Assembly: GCA_965140415.1 (NCBI GenBank)
Contig: OZ223209.1
Span: 2,752,001-2,816,000 of the forward strand
Direction of reading: 5' to 3'
Length of the DNA: 64,000 bases
DNA from: Myxococcota bacterium
GTDB taxonomy: Bacteria; Myxococcota_A; SURF-8
Numbering within the stretch: position 1 is the first letter of the stretch; each line of letters begins with the position of its first letter. This document shows positions 37,851 to 47,704 of this stretch, piece after piece. The position numbers and the translations under genes were made by a program. The notes under the pieces were generated by a model. It worked only from the letters and a program-made list of their open reading frames with translations. It was not told where the DNA came from and ran no database searches.

Positions 37851-37998
37851 GTCAAGCCTCACATCTATCAATTGGGGAAGAAGCAAATCCCATTAAATCG
37901 CACCTTCCTTGATTGTGCCAGCCGATATAAATATTCCATAAATATCAGATGGTTATTTAAGGGATCCCCGCTGCTTGATGTGTGAGTGGCAGTGCGTT

Positions 37999-38688
37999 TT
38001 ATTTCAACACTTTGTTAAGTTCCAAACTGTAGAGATATTCAACGCCGTCCTTGGTGCGCCGGGGACCGATTTCAAAACGGCCTAAAACCGTCATGTTCAA
38101 TACGCTGCGATACAGTCGTTCTCGGTCCACTCGCAGTGGATCTCCTTTAACTGTCACATAAACCAGATCCGCCATCGTCGGAGGATTACAGAATACGCAG
38201 CCGGCCATCACGACAGCGGGATTTGCGATCCAGAAACGAGACAATTCTCCATCTTTCCCAGGTGTATCGATGGGCATCACCGCTCCTGAAATCGAGACGG
38301 CTCCTCCATGGACACGCGGGAGACCTTTTTCAAAGAATTTTTTATTGATTTTATAGAACATGTAGTTCTGTTTCAGATTGCGAAAGGTAAGGGGGAACGG
38401 CTTTTGCCAGTTCGGCGTAACCTTTTCCAAGGAAACCGCAGGCATGTTTTCGAAATGACCTTTGGCTCGCAACGTTGCATTCGTGCCGTGTTGTTGGACT
38501 CGTTTCTGCATCATTTCCGGGGGCGGCTCGACCGGAGCTTCATTTTGTGTAACTAAAATAGTAACGAGGTGGGAACATGTCGATGTCATTGTCTGGCAAA
38601 ACGCATTGTTGTTAAAAGCAACTGCCAGTAAGCCCACCATTGCAATCATGCCTATTTGCACTGTTTTCGACCGTTTAAAAATCACCAC
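37999..38688 (-). CDS. Exported hypothetical protein (DUF3299-like)
   Basis: Signal peptide; V.ISGAVMP..GCVFCNPP. Confidence 0.5.
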   Translation of the reverse strand: MVIFKRSKTVQIGMIAMVGLLAVAFNNNAFCQTMTSTCSHLVTILVTQNEAPVEPPPEMMQKRVQQHGTNATLRAKGHFENMPAVSLEKVTPNWQKPFPLTFRNLKQNYMFYKINKKFFEKGLPRVHGGAVSISGAVMPIDTPGKDGELSRFWIANPAVVMAGCVFCNPPTMADLVYVTVKGDPLRVDRERLYRSVLNMTVLGRFEIGPRRTKDGVEYLYSLELNKVLK

Positions 38689-38881
38689 TGCACCTCAATT
38701 GCCACATGAGATTAACCGAGAACGTAAAACAACCTTTCCCATCCTAGTCACAATCCCTTACAGGTCAATCGGAAAAATCGAAAAATTGGTAACGTAAACA
38801 AACTTCGTCATGGCAAATAGTAATCGTTGACGCTAGATGAGAAAGAGAGCTAAAGTAAAATGCAAAGGAGGTAGATGGCAT

Positions 38882-40357
38882 ATGGATGCGCCATTGACTT
38901 TGTCGCCAAAACTCTCTTATCAACTTTACGATTCCTGTTGCGTTGCTTTACTGCATGGAACGGGGCTTGTTTTGCGTTTGAATCGAGCCGCTGGGGAATG
39001 GTTCCGAGCGTTGGATCGAGGCGAAAAGACTGCCGCTCAACTCGATTCGAAATTCTCTAACTCATTGCAGAAACTTGGGATTCTTGTCAGTTCGAAGGAA
39101 AGTAAACAGGCGCATTCAGAAGCAGCAACAAAAATGCCTTCTGCTGGCCAGGCACAGGTGCTGGAACAGTTGACGATCGATGCTTGCAAGCTGCGTATTC
39201 CCATTCATGCTCAGCTCGAATTGACGTATCGTTGCCCATTGAAATGCGGGCATTGTTATTTGCGATCGGAGAAGCCGGACAAAGGGAGTGAGTTATCGAC
39301 GCGGCAAATATTTGACTTTCTGGATCAATGGGCGGAGCTTGGCGGTCTGTTTCTACTTTTAACAGGCGGGGAGGTGTTTTTACGTAACGATTTTAAGGAG
39401 ATTTTTACTCATGCACGTCGTCGCCGATTGGCCGTATCGTTATTGACAACGGGTTATGGACAATCGGAGAGCGACTGGTTGCAATTGATTGAACAGGGCC
39501 TGGATCAGGTGCAAATCTCGTTGTATGGCCCGGATGCAGGGACTCACGATGCATTTACGGGTGTTGCGGGATCGTTTGACTATGCCTGGAATGCCTTGGT
39601 GTTACTTAAGCGCTATGGCGTGCAGGTTCGGGCCGCGATTAGTGTGAACCAGAGTAATTTTGCGCTTGTGCAAGCTTTGACAAATCGTTTGGAAGACGAG
39701 GGGATACGCTTTAATTTCAACACGGATATGCTGCCCTTGCGCGATGGTCAACGCGTTTCTGCTGTCGTGCCTTTAGAAAACGATCAATTTGAGACGTTAG
39801 TTCGAATGTATCCCGACCATTGGACGCATGGACATATGACGGGTAAAGCGATGGGGGATCCTCCTTGCAATGCCGCCAGAGCGATGCTGGCGCTAGATCC
39901 ATACGGCAGACTTTCTCCTTGCCTGATGTGGCGTGAGTTTGCAGGTTCGATTGTGGATAATGAGAATTGTGAATTACCTGATAATATTGCTGTTGATAAC
40001 ATGGATAGTGTTGTTGATAACTTGTCTAATATACCGAAAATAAATGATAATACTGAAATTGATATTGTGAATAACTCTGTGGATAACTTTGTGGATAAGT
40101 CTGTTGAAAAGCTTGTTGATAACCCTGTGAATAACTCCTTGGCTCAGCTTTGGAATACGTCGGAAGTGTTTCTTTCCGCTGCGAATTTGTCGATGAAAGA
40201 TTTAGATGATTGTGCATCTTGTGAGCAGCGAGAAGTCTGCCGCAGATGTACTGGTCTGAATATGCAACGCGGTTTCTCAAAGAAAGAGCATTCTTTGGTT
40301 GACTGTTGGCAAACCAATGTGATATACAATATTCAGACTATGAAAGAGGAGAAGTAG
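38882..40357 (+). CDS. Radical SAM/SPASM maturase (PqqE/MftC-like) with a possible N-terminal RRE and an Asn/Asp-rich insertion
   Basis: CPLKCGHC, LTGGE, QISLYG; SPASM CNAA..DPYG.LSPC and CASC..VCRRC..C. Confidence 0.9.
   Translation: MDAPLTLSPKLSYQLYDSCCVALLHGTGLVLRLNRAAGEWFRALDRGEKTAAQLDSKFSNSLQKLGILVSSKESKQAHSEAATKMPSAGQAQVLEQLTIDACKLRIPIHAQLELTYRCPLKCGHCYLRSEKPDKGSELSTRQIFDFLDQWAELGGLFLLLTGGEVFLRNDFKEIFTHARRRRLAVSLLTTGYGQSESDWLQLIEQGLDQVQISLYGPDAGTHDAFTGVAGSFDYAWNALVLLKRYGVQVRAAISVNQSNFALVQALTNRLEDEGIRFNFNTDMLPLRDGQRVSAVVPLENDQFETLVRMYPDHWTHGHMTGKAMGDPPCNAARAMLALDPYGRLSPCLMWREFAGSIVDNENCELPDNIAVDNMDSVVDNLSNIPKINDNTEIDIVNNSVDNFVDKSVEKLVDNPVNNSLAQLWNTSEVFLSAANLSMKDLDDCASCEQREVCRRCTGLNMQRGFSKKEHSLVDCWQTNVIYNIQTMKEEK
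39952..40134. repeat. Cluster of about ten co-oriented DnaA-box-like 9-mers inside the radical SAM CDS
   Basis: TGTGGATAA at 39952, 40078, 40090; TGTGAATAA at 40066, 40126; TGTTGATAA at 39991, 40012, 40114; TGTTGAAAA at 40102; TGTGAATTA at 39968. Confidence 0.8.
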
Positions 40358-40360
40358 GTT

Positions 40361-40453
40361 ATGGAAAACCCGACTATCGAAATCGTTGAAGATCTGGAAG
40401 TAACCGACACTGCGGACGATTGTCAATACTGCGCTGGTCGTTCGATCTGCTGA
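40361..40453 (+). CDS. Candidate RiPP precursor peptide MENPTIEIVEDLEVTDTADDCQYCAGRSIC (30 aa)
   Basis: Translated by hand; ATG 3 nt after the rSAM stop codon, AGGAG upstream; acidic leader and a 3-Cys C-terminal core. Confidence 0.75.
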   Translation: MENPTIEIVEDLEVTDTADDCQYCAGRSIC

Positions 40454-40477
40454 TCAGCTTCCAATAATTCCGCTACA

Positions 40478-41488
40478 TTACATTGCTTGATCCGACTGGA
40501 CCTGCACATTGGGAAGTCGTTTATGTAGATTTTCGATTTCTTCCTGTGTTACCTTGGTTTCTGTCACAATCAACGTCTTCAGCATTTTCATGTCATAAAG
40601 CGGGGCAAGGGAAACCACCGGAGTTTTGGCAAGATCCAGATACTCCAGTTCTTTCATGTGGTTGAGCAAGGATAAATCCGTAATCGGAACTCCCCACAGT
40701 TTTAACATCTTCAGTTTCGTAAATGGTTTGAGCATATTCAAGTCCCGCAACGGAGTGTTGCAGAGATCCAGATAGGTAATTCGTTCTGCTATCGGAAACA
40801 ACGGGGACAGATCCGTAATCTGGGTGCTGCAAGTCAATATCTCCGTGATGTTGGGCATTTGAGCTAAAATACTGATGTCTGTAACCGGGCATTGCAGCAG
40901 GTCGATGCGCTTCAACTGTTTCATTTTCAGTAATGGCGTAAGATCTGAAATGTGTGCCATTTTAGCATCTATTTCCGTCAACTTGGATAGACCTATCAAT
41001 GGTGTCAGGTCATGAACGCCAGTCCCCCAGATGTTCAAATACTCCAGGTTTTCCAATGTTGAAAGTGGTGTTAAATCCGTTACGTCCGGAGAGATGCGCA
41101 TGTCGAGGCGGCGTAGGTTTGTCAAACCGGAAAAGAGCGACAAATCTTTCAATCCTGCAAAACCGACAAACATGGAGGTTAACTCCGTGCAGGTTGGAAT
41201 GATCGAAAGATCGGCTTGCTTCATTCTGCCAGAAATCGATTCAAACCAGATCTGCCCCTGATCGGGATGCGCCATCCACCAGTCGTACCAATATTCATCT
41301 CCCCAAGGCGGAACGAAAGCCGCACAGCCGGTTGCTTCTTCTTGCTGCACAGGAATGGCTTCGATATCTACTGGCACCTCTTGAACATTTTGATCTTTTT
41401 GGTGTGCCGTGCTGGATGTTGTGGGGGAACAGGCGCTGAAAAAGAAAACGATCGATAGGAACATCAACAGAGAAAATCGATTCATCAT
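40478..41488 (-). CDS. Internalin-like leucine-rich-repeat lipoprotein
   Basis: Lipobox FSAC; 22-aa repeats L..L.L..T.V.DL.PL. Confidence 0.88.
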   Translation of the reverse strand: MMNRFSLLMFLSIVFFFSACSPTTSSTAHQKDQNVQEVPVDIEAIPVQQEEATGCAAFVPPWGDEYWYDWWMAHPDQGQIWFESISGRMKQADLSIIPTCTELTSMFVGFAGLKDLSLFSGLTNLRRLDMRISPDVTDLTPLSTLENLEYLNIWGTGVHDLTPLIGLSKLTEIDAKMAHISDLTPLLKMKQLKRIDLLQCPVTDISILAQMPNITEILTCSTQITDLSPLFPIAERITYLDLCNTPLRDLNMLKPFTKLKMLKLWGVPITDLSLLNHMKELEYLDLAKTPVVSLAPLYDMKMLKTLIVTETKVTQEEIENLHKRLPNVQVQSDQAM

Positions 41489-41660
41489 AACCCCATTTCT
41501 AGGCACGTATTAAATGAAACCTTCGCTGCCAAGCGGAAGTCATCATAACGGAGAAAGACCGAGAGGAAAAGCGCTTTTTTAAATTTTGATGAGCAACAGT
41601 AATGCTGTTTTTTTACAGGCTTAGTTTCGGACGAGAAGATGCAGGTCTGGTGATATGCGA

Positions 41661-42704
41661 CTACTGCTTCTTATCGGCTCCCTTGCCGAGCATTCCGCAG
41701 GCCCCATAAATGTCCTGTCCTTTGGACTGTCGGATAAAGGTATTGACGCCGTTTTCCGTGAGCTTTCGCTGGAAGGCGAAGACTTCCTCCATGGGAGGAG
41801 GCTGAAATTCCGCCTGCTCATGTGGATTGAAGGGAATGAGATTGACTTTGCCGCCGATGCGACGCGCAATTTTGATCAGCCGTTTGGCATCTTCGGGCAG
41901 GTTATTGATTCCATCCAGCAATACATATTCAAGTACGATTCGCTTCTTGCGCGGCTTGGGGAAGGCTTCCAAGGCTGTAATAAGTTGAGCAAGCGGGTAG
42001 CGCTTGTTAACCGGCATGATACGCGAACGGACTTCGTCTGTCGTGGCGTTTAAAGAAACCGCTAATCCTGCACCGCAACGCTCGCCTAAAGCTTTGATCT
42101 CCGGCACAAGCCCGGATGTGGAAACCGTCAATTTGCGTCCGCTGAAGTTTACACCATGATCGTGCATCAGAATATTGCAGGCATTGACGACGTTGTCGAG
42201 ATTATGAAGCGGCTCACCCATACCCATCAACACGATGTTGCTGATGCATTCCGGGTCGTTGTCGAGATGAGCGCGTGCCTGGCGATATTGATCGACAATT
42301 TCGGAGCAAGTCAGGTTTCGCTGGAGTTTCAGGGTTCCGGTTAAGCAGAAGCGGCAGCCCATAGCACAGCCGACTTGAGAAGAGACGCATAATGTCATGC
42401 GGTCGTCGGAAGGAATCAATACCGATTCCACCGTCGAGCCATCCGACAGCTTGTATTGAAGTTTCTCCGTCCCGTCTTCGGATTGAATGCTCTGTGCAAC
42501 TTCAATAGGTTTTAAGGTGCAGCTTTGGGCAAGATCGTCTCGAAAAGCCTTGGCCAGATTCGTCATTTGATCGAAATCGTTGACATTGTGGCGGTGGATC
42601 CACTCGAAAAGCTGTTGGGCGCGGAATTTCCGATGTCCCAATGTTTCCGTAACGTAGTGGGTCAGTTCTTCGAACGTGAAATTTCTTAAATCTACTGGGG
42701 GCAT
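41661..42704 (-). CDS. rlmN: 23S rRNA m2A2503 methyltransferase RlmN
   Basis: CVSSQVGCAMGCRFC, MGMGEPLHN, NLIPFN, DIYGACG. Confidence 0.95.
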   Translation of the reverse strand: MPPVDLRNFTFEELTHYVTETLGHRKFRAQQLFEWIHRHNVNDFDQMTNLAKAFRDDLAQSCTLKPIEVAQSIQSEDGTEKLQYKLSDGSTVESVLIPSDDRMTLCVSSQVGCAMGCRFCLTGTLKLQRNLTCSEIVDQYRQARAHLDNDPECISNIVLMGMGEPLHNLDNVVNACNILMHDHGVNFSGRKLTVSTSGLVPEIKALGERCGAGLAVSLNATTDEVRSRIMPVNKRYPLAQLITALEAFPKPRKKRIVLEYVLLDGINNLPEDAKRLIKIARRIGGKVNLIPFNPHEQAEFQPPPMEEVFAFQRKLTENGVNTFIRQSKGQDIYGACGMLGKGADKKQ

Positions 42705-42756
42705 GAACGCTTACAATCTCTTTCAAGCGAGCGGACTCGATCCTGCTCGATGGTTT

Positions 42757-45015
42757 TCACAAATGCCAACGTTTTCCCGGGCCGATTGGAATGCCTTCCG
42801 GTCCGATGGGGTGGACTTTTCCCTGGTCCATATAGCCTAGGTCTACAAGGGGTTGAACCTGCTGGGAAAGTCCTTGCGGAATTCTGCGCAACGTAAGGTA
42901 ATCAAGCCCGATACCGAAATCTTTCGATTCTATCGCCTTGCCGACAACCTTCAACGCGATCCTAACCGGGCCGGTTTTCAGATGCAAGGATTGTTGCGAG
43001 CGCCACGGAACAAAACGGTAATCCGGTTGATAACCGGAAAAGATCGGCGTCAATGGCTTGTCATCAACCGATAGCTGAAAATCAGCTAAAAACGGTCCCT
43101 GCATACAGGACAGCTCAACAAGGTAGTCTCCCGGCTGGAAGATGTATTGCTCGAAGGAAATCGTGGAACCGATTCCTTTTGCTTTGAAATACACCTGTGC
43201 GGCGTCGGGATTGTCCGGGAAATAGCGGGTGGTGCGAAGGATCGTCATGGTCCCGTTGGTAAACCGCATCCCGGCGAGTTTTTCCTCGATCTCATTAAAA
43301 AGAACGCCGTTATCGGTATTGGTCTTTAGTTTTATCAAGCGGTGTTGGTAGGGAGCATAACGATAGAAGTCCCGGTTTGGATAAAGGTACATCAATTCCG
43401 CGCTGCCTTCATACAAATGCCGGGCGAAAATTACATCCTGATCGAAATCCGGTTCGTTGAAGTTGAAACCGTACATATAACTGACGGTGGAACCGGGAAT
43501 CAACACTACGGCGTTGTGGATTTCTTCCTGTTGTACCAACCGATGCAGGCTGTCGTCGACTTCCCGAAAATGCTTGTAATTGTCCCATAATTGCGGATTA
43601 AGCCAGAATAGTCCAAAAAGAAACAGGGTCAGTCCCAATGAAATGGGCAAGGCAAGCAGCAGGCGTTGAATCGCTGGAAATCGCCGACTAAGTAGCTGCA
43701 TCCAATCCATCAGGCGAGACAGGCCAAGCGCGATCAGAAAAACCATGGCTCCGATCCCTTCGAAATAGAAGCGCGGGCCATAGCAGTTGCCATGATAATA
43801 GAAAAAGAAATATCCGATGATCAGGGAAAGCAACAGCGCCACAAGTGCGGCGGTTTCCTTTCGAATTCGGCCTGCGGCACATGGTAGTACGAGCAGCAAT
43901 AGCGCCATTGGCGTTCCGAACAAGTTCAATGAAAGGCTGGTCAGTCGTTGGCTTGTAACTTTTACTGCATCTTCAGGATAAAAGCCGTTAGGGAAACCAA
44001 ATTGGCCATGCTCGTTTTTACAGCCGACATCCTCTCCGAAACCGAGGCGATGGCAAGTTGGCTGCTCTTCCGTCAGAGCGAAATATTCATCCTGGGCAAA
44101 GCGAAAAACATTGCCGGTCAGATTATGGTTGACCATCAACTGGATGGAACCGATTCCAAGCGCCAACGCCATGGCAGGCAGCATTGCAACCAATTGCCTT
44201 GGGCGCTTGATAAGCATTGGCAACAGAACGACGGCCAAAGGTAAAAGTAGCAAAATGCTGTTGTAGGCGCGAATGTTGAATAGCGCTCCAATCAGTCCGC
44301 CAATCAACAGGATGCGAAATCGGCGTTTGTCTTGGCTGTAAAGCAGGGCCTGATCGAGTGCGATCAAGGATAGCAGCCCGCTTAAGGCATGCGCCATGAA
44401 CGAGGCGGACATGAAAATATAGAAGGGGGAAACCAATAACAACAACACCGCAAGGCGTGCCAGATAAGGACCGAAACCTCTGTCTATGATGCGATAGAGT
44501 GGCCAGATCGAAAGTGCAGCTAGGACCGGGTTCACCAGCCAGGGAACATGCAACTTGACGCCTAAAGCCAGAACAAGCGGCCAGCCCGGTTGAAACAGGC
44601 TGATCATGCGTCCTTGATCCACATAATAGAAATGTGGAAGGAAAAAATCCGGTACGGGAGGTGCAGGAATCGTCAACCAACCCCGTGCAAGGGCTTTGGC
44701 CTGGAAAAGATAAGAGGACGAATCGGTTACGTGCGGAATGCTGTCCAGCACGACGATATTTGCGGTGACGGTCACCAATAGTGCAGTAACTATCGTTAAA
44801 AGCAGAAACAGGGAATCCGGAATCTTGTCGCTTATTTTGCGAAAGAGCTCCAATAACTGCGGTCCGGCAATAACTGTCAACAGCAGCAACACACCGAAGA
44901 TGATTTGTGGGATGGGCTGGAAGGTGGTCAGAATGCGCATCGGGTCGAATGACGTCACCAAAAGAAACAGCAGGATCGTCAGTGCGATTCGAACTCCTGT
45001 CGTTAAGACCCGCAT
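42757..45015 (-). CDS. GT-C (ArnT/PMT-like) membrane glycosyltransferase with a C-terminal carbohydrate-binding-like domain
   Basis: PHVTDSSSYLFQA, PGWPLVLA and GPRFYFE motifs; many TM helices; start trimmed to MRVLTTG. Confidence 0.7.
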   Translation of the reverse strand: MRVLTTGVRIALTILLFLLVTSFDPMRILTTFQPIPQIIFGVLLLLTVIAGPQLLELFRKISDKIPDSLFLLLTIVTALLVTVTANIVVLDSIPHVTDSSSYLFQAKALARGWLTIPAPPVPDFFLPHFYYVDQGRMISLFQPGWPLVLALGVKLHVPWLVNPVLAALSIWPLYRIIDRGFGPYLARLAVLLLLVSPFYIFMSASFMAHALSGLLSLIALDQALLYSQDKRRFRILLIGGLIGALFNIRAYNSILLLLPLAVVLLPMLIKRPRQLVAMLPAMALALGIGSIQLMVNHNLTGNVFRFAQDEYFALTEEQPTCHRLGFGEDVGCKNEHGQFGFPNGFYPEDAVKVTSQRLTSLSLNLFGTPMALLLLVLPCAAGRIRKETAALVALLLSLIIGYFFFYYHGNCYGPRFYFEGIGAMVFLIALGLSRLMDWMQLLSRRFPAIQRLLLALPISLGLTLFLFGLFWLNPQLWDNYKHFREVDDSLHRLVQQEEIHNAVVLIPGSTVSYMYGFNFNEPDFDQDVIFARHLYEGSAELMYLYPNRDFYRYAPYQHRLIKLKTNTDNGVLFNEIEEKLAGMRFTNGTMTILRTTRYFPDNPDAAQVYFKAKGIGSTISFEQYIFQPGDYLVELSCMQGPFLADFQLSVDDKPLTPIFSGYQPDYRFVPWRSQQSLHLKTGPVRIALKVVGKAIESKDFGIGLDYLTLRRIPQGLSQQVQPLVDLGYMDQGKVHPIGPEGIPIGPGKRWHL

Positions 45016-45020
45016 GAGTG

Positions 45021-47480
45021 TCAATCCGTTAGAGCCTGCCGGTTGAAACGGAAAACCAGCACGGCAATCAGGTAGCATCCTGCGCCCACAACACCGGTGA
45101 TCATGATTCCTACACCGATGGAAAGAATCATGGCGAAGACTGAACCGATGACCGAAAGCGCGCCGTTGATGGCCCATAACCAGGGTGTGGCGCGCGGAAC
45201 TTCACGGTCGGCTGCGGTCAATCCGATTGGAAACGCACAGCCCATCAAGATACCGATGGCAAACAGCATGATGGTTGCCAGCGCGATGCGTGGCGCCAGC
45301 TGCACTCCGTGGAATGCCTGTAACAGATGCGGCAGCAGTACCGTCAGTGCGAGTGTTCCCAAAAAGAGCAGCCAGAGCGCGATTCCGGCGCGTTTCTGCA
45401 TGTTTGCTCGACCCAACACAAAACGTCCAGCTAGCGAACTTCCGATGCCGGTGGCCAGAAGAATCGAGAACAATACAACTGTCAATGAATATACCGGGTG
45501 TCCAAGGAAGAGCGTCAGGCGTTGGATCAAGCTGATTTCCACCAGGATAAAGCCCAATCCGATGGCGGCGAAGTAGACTCCGTGACGCCCCAACGGCTTC
45601 AAAGGCAGAGGTGCAACGCCTTTGGCGCGTTGGGCGCGTTCATGCAGCCACAGAGGAATGAAAAGCCCGGCAATGGACATGAGTACGACCAACACGAACA
45701 ACACCACGAGAATGGTGATCGCCCGGACGTTGAAGTTCGTCATCCACTGATCTTGAATGTCTACACGCAGAAAGTCCCGCAGTCGAAGCATGTTGAAGAA
45801 AAACGGGGCATCGTCGGTAGTAGGACTGATATTCAGAGAATAGCCCGCAATTGCCTGTTCATGAGTCTTGGGTGACAGAACCTCCGCGAAAATCGGCATA
45901 CTGGTTTCGTCGGGAGTTAATAGCAGTGTAAAGTCCATGTTTTTACACAGATCTTTGAAGGTCGTCACATCTTGAGGGCTGAAGGGTTTGGCCGAAATGA
46001 TGATCGTTCCCACTCCGGTCGGGCTTTCTGCTGTATCGCCGTGATCGGTGGTGGCGATCAGCACATGCTGCCGGGGATCTTTGGCACCGAGGTTTCGTAG
46101 TGCCTCATAAGCCAACGTCGTGCAGCGAATCATCTCACCGGGGCGACTGCGTACCCACCAGCGCGACATTGTTAAAACTCCACGATCTGTCAGGTGAGAG
46201 AGAAATTCGGTCCAGGCTTCGACCGTATACAGACTGTTCTCGGTCAGGACAAAAGCACCGGCGCTGGTTGCGGCCCAGGAGTCGATCAGCGAAGCCTGAA
46301 TGATATCGAACTTTTCATTGCTGCGTTCGATCCAGGAGCGGGCTTCGTCGTTGACGAAGCGCAGTTTCGGGTTTTGCGCCAGATTGCCGGTAAAGGAGGC
46401 CATGTCCTTTGTGATCAGATCCAGAATGTCGTGATTGATTTCGACTCCGGTCACTTTCTTCGGGTTGTACAGCAGCGAAGTCAGCACGTCGCGACCACCG
46501 CCGGTGCCGATAATCAACACATTCGATTCCGGGCGCAAGTGATGCGCCAGGGACGTGACATCGTAGCGCAAGTGCCGGATTTCGTCCGCGTGGCCACTGT
46601 ATTTTGTAATCACCGTTCCCGCAGCGGCATCGATGCTGAGCATCAACTGCTGAGGCTCTTTTTCCGCTTTGTAGGTCGGCGACATGCCCCAACCGAAGGC
46701 AAAAGGGAGCAGATCGCGAAAGACCGTCACCACCGAATGGCTGTTCCAGCGCTCGACAAGCGGTTCCGACGGCACACGGCTGGCCACCGGAAGACCCACC
46801 ACGTTTTTTACCCATTTAATCTCAAACAATCGCACGCTTGGTTGAATCAAAGCCGCCAAGACAAGCAATGCACTTAGCACAGCGGTGCTGCGTTTGAGAA
46901 GCCGCGATTGACTGCCAAGGGAAAACATCCACGCGCCGATTGCCGCCAGTGAAGCTCCGGCAAAGACCATGCCCGGTCCCGTCAACGGACGTGTGAGCGC
47001 CCACATTAACAGACATCCGATAGATGCTCCTGCCAGATCGAAGGCGTATAACTTGCCGATTTGTTTGGGGAAACGTGTAAGAACCAGACTGACCAGAATG
47101 CCTGAGAGCGTAAAGGGAATGGTGATCAGCAGGAAGGTGCTGATAATACTAGCCATTCCTGTTACGGTCAAAGAAGGCAGAAAGGGAATCTGCAAGTGCA
47201 GCCAGAAAGTGATGACAACGGAAACGCAAAACGCCAGTGCAAGGCCAGACAATCGTTCCGAAAGCTTTTCGGTGGGAAACCAATTGGGACGCAAGTAGAC
47301 GATGACCGAACCGAAAGCCATGCCGAACAGGGCAATGCTGATCGTCATAAACGCATAATGATACCACATCGTTACGGAGAAAATGCGCGTGTAGGTAATT
47401 TCCAGTAGCAGCGTGGCGCAGGTAATGAAAGCGAGTCCCAAAGGAAGCAGGCGCGGTATTTTCTGGTTGTCAGTCGGCAT
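45021..47480 (-). CDS. Membrane protein with a central spermidine-synthase-like SAM-binding domain
   Basis: VLIIGTGGGRD, GVEIN, DEARS, FDII and LYTVEA flanked by TM bundles. Confidence 0.85.
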   Translation of the reverse strand: MPTDNQKIPRLLPLGLAFITCATLLLEITYTRIFSVTMWYHYAFMTISIALFGMAFGSVIVYLRPNWFPTEKLSERLSGLALAFCVSVVITFWLHLQIPFLPSLTVTGMASIISTFLLITIPFTLSGILVSLVLTRFPKQIGKLYAFDLAGASIGCLLMWALTRPLTGPGMVFAGASLAAIGAWMFSLGSQSRLLKRSTAVLSALLVLAALIQPSVRLFEIKWVKNVVGLPVASRVPSEPLVERWNSHSVVTVFRDLLPFAFGWGMSPTYKAEKEPQQLMLSIDAAAGTVITKYSGHADEIRHLRYDVTSLAHHLRPESNVLIIGTGGGRDVLTSLLYNPKKVTGVEINHDILDLITKDMASFTGNLAQNPKLRFVNDEARSWIERSNEKFDIIQASLIDSWAATSAGAFVLTENSLYTVEAWTEFLSHLTDRGVLTMSRWWVRSRPGEMIRCTTLAYEALRNLGAKDPRQHVLIATTDHGDTAESPTGVGTIIISAKPFSPQDVTTFKDLCKNMDFTLLLTPDETSMPIFAEVLSPKTHEQAIAGYSLNISPTTDDAPFFFNMLRLRDFLRVDIQDQWMTNFNVRAITILVVLFVLVVLMSIAGLFIPLWLHERAQRAKGVAPLPLKPLGRHGVYFAAIGLGFILVEISLIQRLTLFLGHPVYSLTVVLFSILLATGIGSSLAGRFVLGRANMQKRAGIALWLLFLGTLALTVLLPHLLQAFHGVQLAPRIALATIMLFAIGILMGCAFPIGLTAADREVPRATPWLWAINGALSVIGSVFAMILSIGVGIMITGVVGAGCYLIAVLVFRFNRQALTD

Positions 47481-47704
47481 AGATACTCCATTGCATACAG
47501 AACAAAATCACCGATCTCTTATAAAAGAAAGAAGCAGTGAAAGCAACGATATAATGGTAGTTAGGCAATAGTTTGAAGTGGAATCGCGCTGGAGAAGTCG
47601 TTTTGGTGTGGGTCGGACATTCTCCTTGGCTTGTGTCTGACAGCTTGTTGTGGTAACTAGATGATCGATTGCCCCTTGGTTAGATGTATTGGGAGGTTTG
47701 TATT

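Noticed and set aside
39952-40134. Firm call as chromosomal oriC
   Set aside because: No dnaA/dnaN/gidA context, rpsB-tsf would be transcribed head-on, and GC skew could not be computed; kept only as a DnaA-box cluster.
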